A stretch of 64,000 bases of DNA from a virus (IMGVR_UViG_3300042520_000681:4095-68094); one strand, 5' to 3'; shown: positions 17,586 through 31,697, counted from the first letter of the stretch. Notes: generated by a model from the sequence alone, not told the origin. A program made the numbers and translations.

Positions 17586-19247
17586 TTATTTAGCTTCAAG
17601 TTCAGCAACTTTAGCAGAGAGTTCTTGAACTGCTTTGATAAGAGGAGCAATCAATTCTTCGTATCCAATTGAAAGAACATCGTCGCCTCCTTTGACAGAG
17701 TGATCTTGGAAACCGCCAAAATCAATGCCTTTAGCGTCAAGAACTGCTTTCACTTCTTGAGCAATCAAACCATGATGGAAACGACTGCGCTTCTTGCTAC
17801 CATCGTGAGTGATGTTGGAAAGTTTAACATCTTCAAGCCACTTATCTCTTTCAACAACATAAGCGTTGTATGCGGCAAGTTCTTGAGCGTATTTTGCTTT
17901 TTCTTCTTCAGTAGCACCATCTTCAAGATCAATGGGCTTATTAATAGTAGCTGGTGCTTCCGGGCGATAATCCTCGCGCATATCCCACTTGAAATCGACG
18001 GGACGAAGTGCGTTTACGAAATCAAGACCAAGTTCAGTATCACGGACATCAGCTTTGTCTCGGATGTCGGAACGATTTTGAACTGCTCCGTAGGCATAAG
18101 TTGTAGTAGCAGAATTGCCAAGTTGAACTTGATTTGATCCTGTTACAGCAGACGAATGACCAATTCCTGTTGAATTATTAATATCATCATTTTCATGCAA
18201 CGCATATCTTCCAAGTGCTGTATTGTATGAACCAGTAACCAGATCACGCAATGCCGAGGCTCCACACGCAGTATTTTCAATACCACCAATACTTTCTAAT
18301 AAAGAATTATAACCAATTGCACAATTGTAGCCATTAGGCCCAGATGCAATATTGTTTTGTAATGCATATCTTCCAACTGCTGTATTATTTACTCCGTCAG
18401 TATTAGAATAAAGTGCAAGATAACCAAGTGCTGTGTTCCCATTTCCTTGTGTATTTAACGCCCCTGCTTGAACTCCAACTGCGGTATTTTGGGTTCCGCC
18501 TACATTATTTCGTAATGAATTAATTCCAATTGCCGTATTATTCACTGCATTATTAAAATATAACGCTCCAGCTCCAATAGCTGTATTATTAATACCAACA
18601 ATATTTTGATTTAATGCACCATTACCAACGGCAGTATTGTTATTTGCTGTTTCGTTATTTGTTAAAGCTCCAGCCCCAACTGATGTATTGTTAATTCCAG
18701 TTGTGTTAGCAAAAAGCGCATTTACACCAACTGCGGCATTATTGTTTCCAGTAGTATTTGATTGAAGCGCATCTAAACCAACTGCTGTGTTGTTACCTCC
18801 AGTTGTGTTGTCTTTAAGTGAACCATAACCAACTGCCGTATTGCTGTTACCAGTTGTGTTTAAATTTAAAGAAGCCCACCCGATTCCTGTATTTTTACTT
18901 GAAGAAGTGCTATTTGCAATTGCGCCATATCCAATTCCTGTATTATTGCTTCCGCTAATGTTGGCATCAAGCGCAAATGAACCAATAGCGGTATTTTCAA
19001 CACCTGTCGTATTTAATTCAAGCGCATGAAATCCAACTGCTGTGTTATTAGATGCAGTTGTATTATTTTGCAATGCATCACGGCCAAGTGCTGTGTTATT
19101 ACCTCCAGTTGTGTTTACTGAAAGTGCATTTTGACCAAATACAGTATTGCCTACAATATTTCCAGACCCCTTTCCAGCGGTGAGTCCGTTGATAAGCGTA
19201 TCTTTGTCGAGGTTGACTACATTAGTTGTTGCTTTAGTTAGTGGCAT
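17586..19247 (-). CDS. tail fibre/spike with NTAxG beta-roll repeats and S74 intramolecular chaperone
   Basis: many 14-aa NTA(V/I)GxxAL repeats; SD.R.K, LRPV.F.W, HGLIAQEV, Y.ELIAPLIKAVQEL. Confidence 0.9.
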   Translation of the reverse strand: MPLTKATTNVVNLDKDTLINGLTAGKGSGNIVGNTVFGQNALSVNTTGGNNTALGRDALQNNTTASNNTAVGFHALELNTTGVENTAIGSFALDANISGSNNTGIGYGAIANSTSSSKNTGIGWASLNLNTTGNSNTAVGYGSLKDNTTGGNNTAVGLDALQSNTTGNNNAAVGVNALFANTTGINNTSVGAGALTNNETANNNTAVGNGALNQNIVGINNTAIGAGALYFNNAVNNTAIGINSLRNNVGGTQNTAVGVQAGALNTQGNGNTALGYLALYSNTDGVNNTAVGRYALQNNIASGPNGYNCAIGYNSLLESIGGIENTACGASALRDLVTGSYNTALGRYALHENDDINNSTGIGHSSAVTGSNQVQLGNSATTTYAYGAVQNRSDIRDKADVRDTELGLDFVNALRPVDFKWDMREDYRPEAPATINKPIDLEDGATEEEKAKYAQELAAYNAYVVERDKWLEDVKLSNITHDGSKKRSRFHHGLIAQEVKAVLDAKGIDFGGFQDHSVKGGDDVLSIGYEELIAPLIKAVQELSAKVAELEAK

Positions 19248-19282
19248 AATTTAAGTTTGTTTAATTTTTTGTTAAAGTTATT

Positions 19283-20068
19283 CTATGCTGTAGATAATGA
19301 AACAACTACAAGGGAGCTTCCACTTGGAACTGTTGATATTGTAATCGTTCTTGGAGATACATTGTTTATTGTATAATTTGCTGGAGCCTGCATAACCCCG
19401 TCAGCATGGACAATGTATAATGCTGACACCAAACTTCCACTCGTATTTCCAGTCAATGTCCAAGTATTCGTTGTCCCATCCCCGGAAAATGTCCAAACAT
19501 TCCCTGCATTTGATGCCGGAATAACACCAGTAGCACCTGTAAGACCAGTTGCGCCAGTAAGCCCCGTAGCTCCAGTCGATCCGATATCACCCGTAGCTCC
19601 GACAACACCAGTTGCTCCTTCAGGGCCAGTCGAACCTGCGGCTCCGATGTCTCCCGTAGCTCCTTGCAATCCTGTGGCTCCGGGGATTCCAGTAGCACCA
19701 GTTGCTCCGATGTCTCCTGTAGCGCCTTGCAAGCCAGTTGCTCCTTCAGGGCCAGTCGATCCCGCTGTTCCAGCTTCTCCGGTAGCGCCTTGAACACCTG
19801 TAGAACCTTGAGGCCCAGTAGCACCTTCGCCACCAACATCACCAGTAGCACCCTGCAAACCCGTTGCACCCTGAATTCCAGTAGCACCTTGAGGGCCGAC
19901 ATCGCCAGTAGCTCCAATACCCGTAGCGCCTTGAGAACCAGTAGCACCAGTTGCACCAACAGCGGTTTCAGTCACGGCATCCCATGCGTAACCATTCCAC
20001 ATCCATGTCTTGCCTGCGGCGGTAAACAACTCGCCTATAAATGTTGGTATCGGGAAATTAATTGGCAT
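19283..20068 (-). CDS. collagen-like virion fibre
   Basis: uninterrupted Gly-X-Y (GAT/GxQ) run; C-terminal F.GDG..., V..DGV.Q.P..Y domain. Confidence 0.8.
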   Translation of the reverse strand: MPINFPIPTFIGELFTAAGKTWMWNGYAWDAVTETAVGATGATGSQGATGIGATGDVGPQGATGIQGATGLQGATGDVGGEGATGPQGSTGVQGATGEAGTAGSTGPEGATGLQGATGDIGATGATGIPGATGLQGATGDIGAAGSTGPEGATGVVGATGDIGSTGATGLTGATGLTGATGVIPASNAGNVWTFSGDGTTNTWTLTGNTSGSLVSALYIVHADGVMQAPANYTINNVSPRTITISTVPSGSSLVVVSLSTA

Positions 20069-20163
20069 AATATTTTATTAAATCTTATTTGGTGTTATTG
20101 TCGTGTCAAGACTAGTAAAACTTGTAGTCGTTACTAAAATACCTGTCAATGTTGCGTTGTCGT

Positions 20164-20376
20164 TCATTCTGTTTCCTCGGTTTCTGGGAAATGTAAGCCC
20201 AGTTGGGATATGTGTATTTCGCATTCTTCGTGAGTCCCTACAAATAATGTGCCTCCAGTTGCTATTGATTGGTCTGTTTGCTCGTAGAAAATAATAATTT
20301 TATCTTCATATGCCAATTTCCACATTCCAACAGAATCGTCGTATGACCAACCATTTGCGTTTGGAGAAATTATCAT
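20164..20376 (-). CDS. hypothetical protein
   Basis: ATGA-coupled to the PATR protein. Confidence 0.55.
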   Translation of the reverse strand: MIISPNANGWSYDDSVGMWKLAYEDKIIIFYEQTDQSIATGGTLFVGTHEECEIHISQLGLHFPETEETE

Positions 20377-21880
20377 GGGACTGTTACAGAAAGGGTTGAG
20401 GTTGCAGAAGTATAGGTTGCTGTGGTTCCAACTGGAACGCCTGACAAGGAGATAACTCCCGGTGCGTAAGACTGAGTTGTTGTTCCTTGGAAGAAACGGA
20501 AATTGGTTGTTGCTCCCGATGGAGGTGAAACATTGAATGAGACTGAAAGTGCGCTTGTGGTGAATGTTGCCGTTGCCGTTGAAGAACCATTTGTTTTTGA
20601 TGCGCGAAGTGTCCCCGCTGAAATACTAGTCGCTCCCGTGTATGTGTTATTTCCGCTGAGAGTTAGCGTTCCAGTCCCTGATTTTGTTAGTCCTCCAGAG
20701 CCGCTGATCACGGCACTGATCGTGAGGTCTGAAGTCGCCGCAGTCGAATTACCTATTGTAAAGGTTCTGGTGGTAGCACCAAGGTTGAGGTTTCCGCTAA
20801 TGCTTGCTCCGTTGGCGTTGTTCGTGGCCGAGAAGGTCACATTTCCGCCCAGAGTAAGAGTGCCGCTTCCAGTTGTAACTGCCGCTGTAGTGCCTGACGA
20901 ACCGCCGCCCAGAGCGAGCGTGGTGATGGACTGGTTGATTCCATTCAGGTCGAGTGTGCCGTTGAATATGTTAGTGGCGGCAGTTGATATTTTACCCGAT
21001 CCACTGAGCCGCAATGTGCCAGCATTTGAGGAATTTGAAAATCCAAGGTTTGTTGATCCACTGTAGGTGTTGTTACCGGAGAGTATCTGCGTGCCGCTTC
21101 CGGTTTTCACAAGGTTCAATGTTCCCGTGGTGACACCAGTGTAGCTGTCTGGACCTTTGATCACCCCGGAGAAAGTCGCTGTATTGCCCGAAACACCGTA
21201 GGCGGCGTTGTTGGTTGTGTTGCTGACTCCCAAGGTGATCGTAATAATTCCGTTGTAAGCATTAGCAAGCGTGCCTGAACCCGTGAGTGCGTCGAACTGA
21301 ATTGCGAGGTCCGAACTCCGGTATTCGGCTCCGGAGGCGACATTGAGCGATCCGAGATTTGTCGCGGTCGAAGCACGACCATAGCCCCATGCCCAGCTTC
21401 CGCTTTGCACATCCAGCACCGCCCCTGCGGAGAGGTTGGTTTTCATGGTTCCGCCGCTTCCTCCGGCACTAATAAAATTGGTTCCGTTAAGAGCGACAAC
21501 TCCCCCCCCAGTGATGGAAGCGTTCACGGAATTAAATGAAGTCCATGTTCCTGCGGTGTTTGCACCCAAGGAAGTCGCATTGCCAGTCATGGTGATGCCG
21601 AGCGTGGCTCCCGAGGCGACCGAGAGGTCGGTGGTTTTGTAGCCGCTCACGCCTGTCATACTTAGGGTTCCGGTGCTGACCGTGGTTGTGCCAGTGTAGG
21701 TGTTGTTGCCAGTAAGAGTAAGCTGTGCCGCGCCATTTTTAATAATTCCAATTGCGCCTGTAATCGTTTGCGAAATCGTAAGTGCGGCGTAGCACATGAA
21801 TTGGCGAAAAGTCGCCGTTGCAGACGCTATTGCCGTAACATCGCTAGTTCCCACTTCTCCCGCGTTGGAATCAGTCAGTT

Positions 21881-21884
<4 letters not shown>
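20373..21884 (-). CDS. autotransporter-associated beta-strand repeat (PATR) protein
   Basis: three K.G.G.L.L.GNNTY.G.T....GTL repeats; no beta-barrel or signal peptide. Confidence 0.85.
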
Positions 21885-24851
<2,967 letters not shown>

Positions 24852-24863
24852 TAGCTTTAGGTT

Positions 24864-24898
24864 TAAGTGCGGTGGGGGATAGAACCCCACCACACTTA
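24864..24898 (-). terminator. hairpin after major capsid gene
   Basis: TAAGTG(C)GGTGGGG/CCCCACC(A)CACTTA stem. Confidence 0.6.
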
Positions 24899-24921
24899 TT
24901 ATTGTTTAACCAGACCGACTC

Positions 24922-26109
24922 TTACGAGCAGGATTGATAAAGCGTAGCAGGCGAGCAACGGAGATGCATAAGAGCATAACCCCACTCGACACGCTTCGGC
25001 TGAGAACCTTGCATGAACAAGGCGTAGAAGTAGCCATTAACACCAAGGATGTTATTAGCATTGTCCTTGTTGTTGATCCACATGAACTCACCGCGATAGT
25101 TGACAGGATCGAACTTCAGACCCGAACCGGGGCTGGTGATGACCTGCGCAACACGGGAAGTGAACACATGAGGGTTGTAGATGAAGCTGACTTCATAAGC
25201 GGCAGAGCGATATTCTGGGTTCACGATAGCCTTGTTGCCAGTGCTGGCAGGGCTGGTTGTGAAGAACGGAACACGCACAAACGCGCCATCAACGAAGTTG
25301 TAGCGAGGAGCTTGACGATCAACCAAGTGGACATAACCACTGTAGCTGAAGGCTGCACCGAATGGCTTGATAAGCTCGTCAACCTGCGAAGAGAAGCGCA
25401 AATCCTGACGGATGTCAGCGTTCTGCTTCTTGAGGTAGTTGCTCGTTTCAGGCGAGCAGATGAGAGCGTATTGAGGCTCACCGTCAACCATTGCGTAATT
25501 GCCTTCAGCGGCATCACGGGAAAGGTCGAGGTAGAACTGATCAAGGATACCTTGGTCAAGCGCATAGGCAGGAGCCACAGCAGGGAACGCTTGGTTGGTT
25601 CCGCTGCTGGACATCGCCAGCGTATCAGGCACATCAAGAACAACCTTGTTGCCAGCGAGACGAGAGAACTCATCACGGTAGCGGTTGCTCCAGAACCACT
25701 GACTGTTTTCTTTGAGGACTTTGACCTCACCAGCCAATTGCTCTTCAGCCTTCCATGCAGTGCGAAGATCGTTCACACAGAAACCGGGCGAACGAATAGC
25801 AGCCTGTTGGAGGTTGTAGGAACGAAGGGTGCGAGCAAACTCAACAACCTGAGGAGTCGGGTTGCAGTTGTTGCCAGAACCATCGTTAGTTCCCACATCA
25901 GCCCAAGCAGTGCTGGAGGCGTTAGGAACGGTGGTGCGCTCTTGAATGAGCGTTTGGATGGATTCGCCCATGCCAGCAGGGAATGTGTCCTGCTTGATGA
26001 GACGGTTCCAAGGGTCGGTAGCAATGAGCTTGGCGGCGATCATCTCGCCGATACGCCCTGCTTCCTGTTGAAGCTGATTGTTTACATCAGCAATATTGTA
26101 TTGAGACAT
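24922..26109 (-). CDS. major capsid protein
   Basis: 395 aa, follows portal and scaffold, strongly biased codon use, own leader and downstream hairpin. Confidence 0.8.
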   Translation of the reverse strand: MSQYNIADVNNQLQQEAGRIGEMIAAKLIATDPWNRLIKQDTFPAGMGESIQTLIQERTTVPNASSTAWADVGTNDGSGNNCNPTPQVVEFARTLRSYNLQQAAIRSPGFCVNDLRTAWKAEEQLAGEVKVLKENSQWFWSNRYRDEFSRLAGNKVVLDVPDTLAMSSSGTNQAFPAVAPAYALDQGILDQFYLDLSRDAAEGNYAMVDGEPQYALICSPETSNYLKKQNADIRQDLRFSSQVDELIKPFGAAFSYSGYVHLVDRQAPRYNFVDGAFVRVPFFTTSPASTGNKAIVNPEYRSAAYEVSFIYNPHVFTSRVAQVITSPGSGLKFDPVNYRGEFMWINNKDNANNILGVNGYFYALFMQGSQPKRVEWGYALMHLRCSPATLYQSCS

Positions 26110-26357
26110 ATTATTATCTTTCTATTTAAGTTAAATTTAGTTTTGAATCCAAGTCGTCGTTTAGTTGCCCAACTTAAACTCGGTTTATTTTCCTTTACTG
26201 AGCCAGTGTAAAAGCCTTTCGGTGTTTATAAGCTCGGATTTATTTTGTTACTGATGTTGAGGAATCAGCGATCCATAACATTTTTTTCAACAGCTTAGTT
26301 ATGCTGCATCGCAACTAATATGTGAACAAAGCAATATTTGCAAGTTAATTTTAAATA

Positions 26358-26397
26358 AAAAAAAGGACTGCCTAATTAAAGCAGTCCTCTTTTATTT
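26358..26397. terminator. intrinsic terminator after scaffold gene
   Basis: AGGACTGC/GCAGTCCT stem with A and T tracts. Confidence 0.75.
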
Positions 26398-26414
26398 TGT
26401 GAATGCTTATTTAA

Positions 26415-27599
26415 TTAAGCAACCATTCTTCCGACAAGATTCTTAACGAAGTCGTCTGTATCCATCTTTGCGTAGTTGGTCGGCTTGTTTGATTCTGCTG
26501 GAGTTCTGGGGGAATTCCCACCAGCAGCAGGAGCAGAGCCACCGCGAAGTTTAACATTATTCTCCTTAGTTTCCTTCAGCTCGTTCTGTAATGACTTAAC
26601 TGTATCAATCAAGTCTGGAAGAACAGCGGCTCCAAGGATGCCATATACTTTAAGGTTTTCAGGCCACTCGTCGTAGCTCATTACTTCTTGCTGAAGTTTA
26701 GCGATGTCTGGTCGCTTGTCTTCTGGAAGAAGATTGTAAACCTTTTCAGTCATCTTCGGAACAACCTCTTGAATTGCTGATTCCCGTTGAGCGAAATACT
26801 GTTTGTAGAACGCTTGCTCTTCTTGCTGCTGTCGCTCCATAGAAGCCTTATATGCCTCTTTAGAATTAGCCTCCAACTCCTCCTTGCGTTTCTCAATCTG
26901 AAGCAGGTTGTCAGCAAGATTCCAAATCTTCGTCTTATCTCGCTCCGACCAATCAGCCATCAACGCTTCAAGTTTCTGAGGATCGCCGTTTGTGTCTGCT
27001 TGTAGGGCATCAATCAAATCAGAGGTTTCAACTTTATTCCTTTGAGCAAAGAATTCAGCGCCCTCGATAATCTCGTTGATAGGTTCGGAAACATACTGCT
27101 TCCATTCCTTTGTAGCCTGAACACGGGTCATGTATAGCTCGCCATCCACGGCTTCACGCTCACGCTGAATTTCTTCAATCTGAGTCTTTAGGTCTTGGAC
27201 TTCCTTACTGGCTTGCTCGTATTCGCTTCCTTTAGCCTTGAGTTCAGCAAGCTCTTTCTGAGCCAACTTGAGTTCCTTTTCAGCCGACTTCAGTTCCTTC
27301 CAGCGAATCTTTTCTTTTTCGCCAGTTGGCTCTACCTCGGCAGGAGCATCTGTATTAGCTTCTTCAGTTTTTGCCCCCTCATTAGTTCCAGATTTGTCAG
27401 TATTTTCGACCTCTTTTTTAGGGGCTTCTGTATTTTCTGGAGCAGGCTGAGTTGGATTTGACTTCGGCTCTTCCTTGGGAGGGGTGACGCTGAGATCATT
27501 GGATGCAATAGAATCAAGCGCACTGCGGAGATTTGTGATCGCCGAGTCCGTTGATGCTGGTTCTGTTGGTGTGGGTGTCGGTGTTGCTTGGTCGGACAT
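26415..27599 (-). CDS. capsid scaffolding protein
   Basis: acidic disordered N-terminus and long coiled coil; lies between portal and capsid. Confidence 0.7.
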   Translation of the reverse strand: MSDQATPTPTPTEPASTDSAITNLRSALDSIASNDLSVTPPKEEPKSNPTQPAPENTEAPKKEVENTDKSGTNEGAKTEEANTDAPAEVEPTGEKEKIRWKELKSAEKELKLAQKELAELKAKGSEYEQASKEVQDLKTQIEEIQREREAVDGELYMTRVQATKEWKQYVSEPINEIIEGAEFFAQRNKVETSDLIDALQADTNGDPQKLEALMADWSERDKTKIWNLADNLLQIEKRKEELEANSKEAYKASMERQQQEEQAFYKQYFAQRESAIQEVVPKMTEKVYNLLPEDKRPDIAKLQQEVMSYDEWPENLKVYGILGAAVLPDLIDTVKSLQNELKETKENNVKLRGGSAPAAGGNSPRTPAESNKPTNYAKMDTDDFVKNLVGRMVA

Positions 27600-27614
27600 A
27601 TAAGATAATAATTT

Positions 27615-27737
27615 TTACTTAATCTTGGCACGATGACGCTCACCCCAAGATTTCTTAGTGGTAGCTGTCTTCTTGCCAGATGTTGCCATTGGTTTCTTTG
27701 CTGCTGGTGCAATGCGTTTTTCTGTTGCCATTTTCAT
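27615..27737 (-). CDS. small basic protein
   Basis: MKMATEKRIAPAAKKPMATSGKK... Confidence 0.45.
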   Translation of the reverse strand: MKMATEKRIAPAAKKPMATSGKKTATTKKSWGERHRAKIK

Positions 27738-27741
27738 ATTT

Positions 27742-28077
27742 TTACTCCTGTTGGTTGTTTGTTTGTGAAAGCCTCTCAGCTTCCATGATTTCGTCCTCGG
27801 TGTATAACCCTGTGGACAAAAGTTTCCTACGAGCTTGAATGATATATTCCTTATCCAGATCATTCAACTTCTTTGGATTGATTCTAATCAATGAATTAAG
27901 TTTGTTTTGAAACTCTTCGGAACCGATGGCTTTAGCGGCCTCAATATCCGTTGGAGCTTTAGGGGCGCATTCTTGTCTAACAATAATAAATGCTTCTTTA
28001 AGAACTGGGTTGTCTAGTAGTTTCTCCAATTGAGATACCTTGTCGGCATTCATTTGGAATAGTTGTCTTTGTGTCAT
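27742..28077 (-). CDS. hypothetical head-module protein
   Basis: ATGA-coupled to the portal gene. Confidence 0.6.
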   Translation of the reverse strand: MTQRQLFQMNADKVSQLEKLLDNPVLKEAFIIVRQECAPKAPTDIEAAKAIGSEEFQNKLNSLIRINPKKLNDLDKEYIIQARRKLLSTGLYTEDEIMEAERLSQTNNQQE

Positions 28078-30386
28078 ATTCTAATTCCCTGCGATTGTAT
28101 CTTGCTGGCTGCTTCTGCGTCACGGATTGCCATCTTTTGGTTGGCATCCTGCTGGCGCATAATCATTCTCTGCTGGTGCATTTGCATATCCATATCAAGT
28201 TTCGCCTGCCGCTCGGCTCTCTGTGCCTCTATTTTAGCAAGCGTGGCTGGATCAATTTGCTGTTGACCTTGCGCCAAATTCGCATCTTCCATTCCGCTCA
28301 ACATGGATTGCTGTTCTTGTTCAGCCATTAGCTTCTGAACTTTCAGCGTTCCGTTGTGCAAAATTTCGTCTGCGTTTTGAAGAACCTTGCGGTATAGCGC
28401 GGATTCCTCACGCATTGCAGGGTCGCCAGACAACCTCTCGACATGCTGTGCGACATGGGCATTAAGAGCATTGATTCCCTCAAGCATCGGAGCAAGTTGC
28501 ATTGGGTCAACTTGCAAGGCTTCTTGCGCCTTTTCAATAATCGGGTTGAGTGCTTCGATGTGAACCTTTGCGTGAACCAAGTCATTCTGCCCATCAAGAA
28601 CCATGATCTGACCACCAGTAAGGAGTGAGTTATTTTCGAGTTGAGCAATAGAAGCATCCATTGTTGGCTTCTCTGATTCACCGGGCTGGATAGCATATCT
28701 CGACGCATTCTCGTAGCCAGCAGTCTCGGAAGCAATATCCCAAATAAGGTTCTGCTTTCCGTAGTCTGGAAGGCTACCAAAGATTCCCATCAATCTATCA
28801 AAGGCTACCATTCTGGCTGCTTCCGATCCAGCCCCAACAGGTTTAACTACTCTGAGTCTATCTGTATCCAAGTTGAAAAAGGCTTGCAGGTAACGATCTT
28901 TTGCACCGAATCCTTCAGCACCACGGCGAAGGAGGCGTTTATGGAGTTCAATGATATAATTGCCACCCGGCTCCCGTGCATCGTAATCTTTGCGCTTCAT
29001 TCGGCGAATCATTTCGCGCATCAGGGATTCCCAAGGATCGAAGAAAAGATTCAAAGCTGACACGCTCATTTTAGCAATATTGCTAAGTTCAGCACGCACT
29101 TGTGTTGCAGACTTCTCAACCGATGTATTGACTAGGGATTCTGTATTGTATGCAGATGTTCTTTCTCTGAACAACTGTGTAAACGCGCTAACAATCGGCA
29201 ATGTTCCGTTAGATACATTGGGAACTATAGTATCCTTAATGACCTCAATTCCCGGTGAAAGCAAATTATAAACTCCATTCGGGATAAACTGCATCTCTTG
29301 CAAAGCAGTCTCGTCTTTAGGTTGGAATGTAGGCGCACTACCGAAGGATGCGATCTCAAGAAGCGAACAGTATGCACGATTCAATGCGCCGTTAATTGCA
29401 AAGACATCGTAGCCCTGACCACGAACTCCGTGATAGTATCCGTTAGTTCCAACTCCATAGGTAAAGACAGTGTAGGCTTCGTAGCTGTTATCAAATCTAC
29501 CGATCTTTTTATACAAGAAGTCCTGCACTCCATTGTCATCGTTAATCATGTAGTGCGAAACCTTGCCGTCAAATTCAGTTACCCACAAATGGACAACACG
29601 AATTGACTGCTGGTTCGCGGCTTGAGTCGTAAAGAACAGGTCGTTATTACGAAGCTCCATCTCTAGCTTCTCCCAATCATACTGACGGAAGTTGTAATAA
29701 TTGTTATTATTATTTACAGAAGATGTAATTGCTTTACGGCAAGCCTGAATATTGAATCCGTTAATCTGTGCTGTCTCTTCGTCTTTAATCAACTGGTAAA
29801 GTTGCGTAGGGGAATAGAATCGCAAGCAAGCGGCAACATCAATATTGTCCTGACCGATCTCAGTCTTACGAGGAATCTTGAAGTCAGACATATCCGTTGA
29901 CTTCCAACGCCAGTCCCACTCATCATTGAACAACGACACACCAACTCCATGCTTAATAAAGCTATTGCAGAGCTTGAGATATGTAGGGAAGAAGTTGCGC
30001 CAAGAGCGAACAGCAGCGGTTACTTCCTGTGCTACAACTTGCTCAAGTTCGTCACGCTCCGTCTGGCTCCCGTAAAGAGTCGGGCAACGGAAGAATGTTT
30101 GAGGCGCATTAATGATGTCAACATACCCAGCAAGTGCCGTATCAAGAACTTGCTTCGCAAACCCCCACGACACATTGACTCGGTAGGATTGCCCTGCATT
30201 GATAAGCGCCCTTTCGTCGTAGGGTCGTTCGTTGTCGTAAGCAGCGTCAATCTTGCTACGGTCAAAAGCTGAGACGGCATCCGCTCGTCGTAGAGTCTCC
30301 CAAATCTCATAAGCTGATTTAGCGTCCTTAATGCGAGAAACCGGAGGCTTCCCGCTGTTTGAAATTGTTTCTAGTCGATCACTCAT
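28074..30386 (-). CDS. portal protein
   Basis: 770 aa, KSATQV motif, Gln-rich helical C-terminal barrel, position before scaffold and capsid. Confidence 0.8.
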   Translation of the reverse strand: MSDRLETISNSGKPPVSRIKDAKSAYEIWETLRRADAVSAFDRSKIDAAYDNERPYDERALINAGQSYRVNVSWGFAKQVLDTALAGYVDIINAPQTFFRCPTLYGSQTERDELEQVVAQEVTAAVRSWRNFFPTYLKLCNSFIKHGVGVSLFNDEWDWRWKSTDMSDFKIPRKTEIGQDNIDVAACLRFYSPTQLYQLIKDEETAQINGFNIQACRKAITSSVNNNNNYYNFRQYDWEKLEMELRNNDLFFTTQAANQQSIRVVHLWVTEFDGKVSHYMINDDNGVQDFLYKKIGRFDNSYEAYTVFTYGVGTNGYYHGVRGQGYDVFAINGALNRAYCSLLEIASFGSAPTFQPKDETALQEMQFIPNGVYNLLSPGIEVIKDTIVPNVSNGTLPIVSAFTQLFRERTSAYNTESLVNTSVEKSATQVRAELSNIAKMSVSALNLFFDPWESLMREMIRRMKRKDYDAREPGGNYIIELHKRLLRRGAEGFGAKDRYLQAFFNLDTDRLRVVKPVGAGSEAARMVAFDRLMGIFGSLPDYGKQNLIWDIASETAGYENASRYAIQPGESEKPTMDASIAQLENNSLLTGGQIMVLDGQNDLVHAKVHIEALNPIIEKAQEALQVDPMQLAPMLEGINALNAHVAQHVERLSGDPAMREESALYRKVLQNADEILHNGTLKVQKLMAEQEQQSMLSGMEDANLAQGQQQIDPATLAKIEAQRAERQAKLDMDMQMHQQRMIMRQQDANQKMAIRDAEAASKIQSQGIRI

Positions 30387-31338
30387 TATTGTCTTCCTTT
30401 GTTGGTTTCTTTTGGAAGAACCTTAAGTTGGCTATTCGCTTCTGATAAATCCTCATCTTTTTCTCAAGTTCAGATTCATCAATATCTTCAATGCCTTCAG
30501 CGATCTCTTGCGCTTCCTCAACTGTTAAGTTCTTTGCAACTTTCATATCGTCATTATTTATATTGTTCAACAATAACTTAACAAGTGAGCTATCCTTGCA
30601 CCCGTGAACGAGAACTGCGTCCTCGCTTACAGATTTGTTCCAATGGACATCCCACGCTAAATTAGAGATAGAATCACATACCATTTCTCCGTTAATATTG
30701 CGATACTTTTCTGTCCTCCAGTTGTTTTGGATGAGATTAGATTCTTTCATCCGATTAACTACATACCACTGGATGATGTGGGTCCAATGCCTGTTAGATA
30801 TAGAAAGGGAATTCAATACAGGTGCAGAACAGATTTTTGTGGAATACACTCCAACTTGAGCCATCCTGTGTCCTGTGACAGACTCAGGAACGAGTTCCCC
30901 GTTCTTGCCTTCATACACTCGTTCTTTAACTCCAAGATAAATCAATGGTTCACGCTTCTCCTTAACCGCCCTAGTCGTGTCTGCGTAATATTCAAACGCA
31001 ATTAGATCAAGCCAATTCTCTCGCATTGGAACGGTGTCTAACTCAAACCAAAGAAACGCATCCGTCTCTTCATCCTTACGGAGATGAGCGCAAGTCTGCT
31101 GGAAATAGAAGTTGCAAGACATAGGCCAACCCATCATCGTGTCTGGAATAATGCAAGCCTCAGAAGATTTGAACAAATGTTTAATTTGCTTTTCAAATCC
31201 AATGATGACTTCCTCGTTTTCTCTTGACCCAATAACTAGTAGGTCGTGTTCTTCGCCTACTGGAAATTTATTAATCGCACTGATGAAATCAGGGATCAAA
31301 TGCCGATCATGTTTTGATACAGGAATAACTAGCTTCAT
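30379..31338 (-). CDS. GT-A-fold glycosyltransferase-like protein
   Basis: LVIPV start, WP..CN, FLWFELDTVP...WL..I..EY, GVY, VLVHGCK; paralogue of 33567..34124. Confidence 0.5.
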   Translation of the reverse strand: MKLVIPVSKHDRHLIPDFISAINKFPVGEEHDLLVIGSRENEEVIIGFEKQIKHLFKSSEACIIPDTMMGWPMSCNFYFQQTCAHLRKDEETDAFLWFELDTVPMRENWLDLIAFEYYADTTRAVKEKREPLIYLGVKERVYEGKNGELVPESVTGHRMAQVGVYSTKICSAPVLNSLSISNRHWTHIIQWYVVNRMKESNLIQNNWRTEKYRNINGEMVCDSISNLAWDVHWNKSVSEDAVLVHGCKDSSLVKLLLNNINNDDMKVAKNLTVEEAQEIAEGIEDIDESELEKKMRIYQKRIANLRFFQKKPTKEDNNE

Positions 31339-31339
31339 A

Positions 31340-31693
31340 TTAAAAAATCATCTCAAACTCAGCCGTGAATTTAATCGGCCTAGAAGGAATCGCATCGTCA
31401 AATTCAAACCCACTTACCTTCCTCCACACCCTCCGAGGCATAAAGAAACAATACTCGTAAATACCGCGAGAAATAACGAGAACTTTAAAACCCGCTCTTT
31501 CCACCCGATACGGAGTTCCCTCAACTGCCCTTTGCAAAGCCAGAGCAAGAGGAGATTTTGTAGGGTTGCACTTAGTTCCATTGACATAATCTTCGGGTTT
31601 AACAATCACATCAAATAAAACAGATTGCCGATGTTCGTCAATATAAAGTTCTGCCCTCGTTTTTTGAAAACCAAGTTCCTTTAGTATGTTCAT
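31340..31693 (-). CDS. hypothetical protein
   Basis: follows a divergent promoter; CNP..SPLALAL motif. Confidence 0.55.
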   Translation of the reverse strand: MNILKELGFQKTRAELYIDEHRQSVLFDVIVKPEDYVNGTKCNPTKSPLALALQRAVEGTPYRVERAGFKVLVISRGIYEYCFFMPRRVWRKVSGFEFDDAIPSRPIKFTAEFEMIF

Positions 31694-31697
31694 CACT

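Noticed and set aside
24934-26211. 425-aa ORF antisense to the major capsid gene
   Set aside because: Shadow ORF expected from strongly biased codon use in a highly expressed gene; no motifs or start context.
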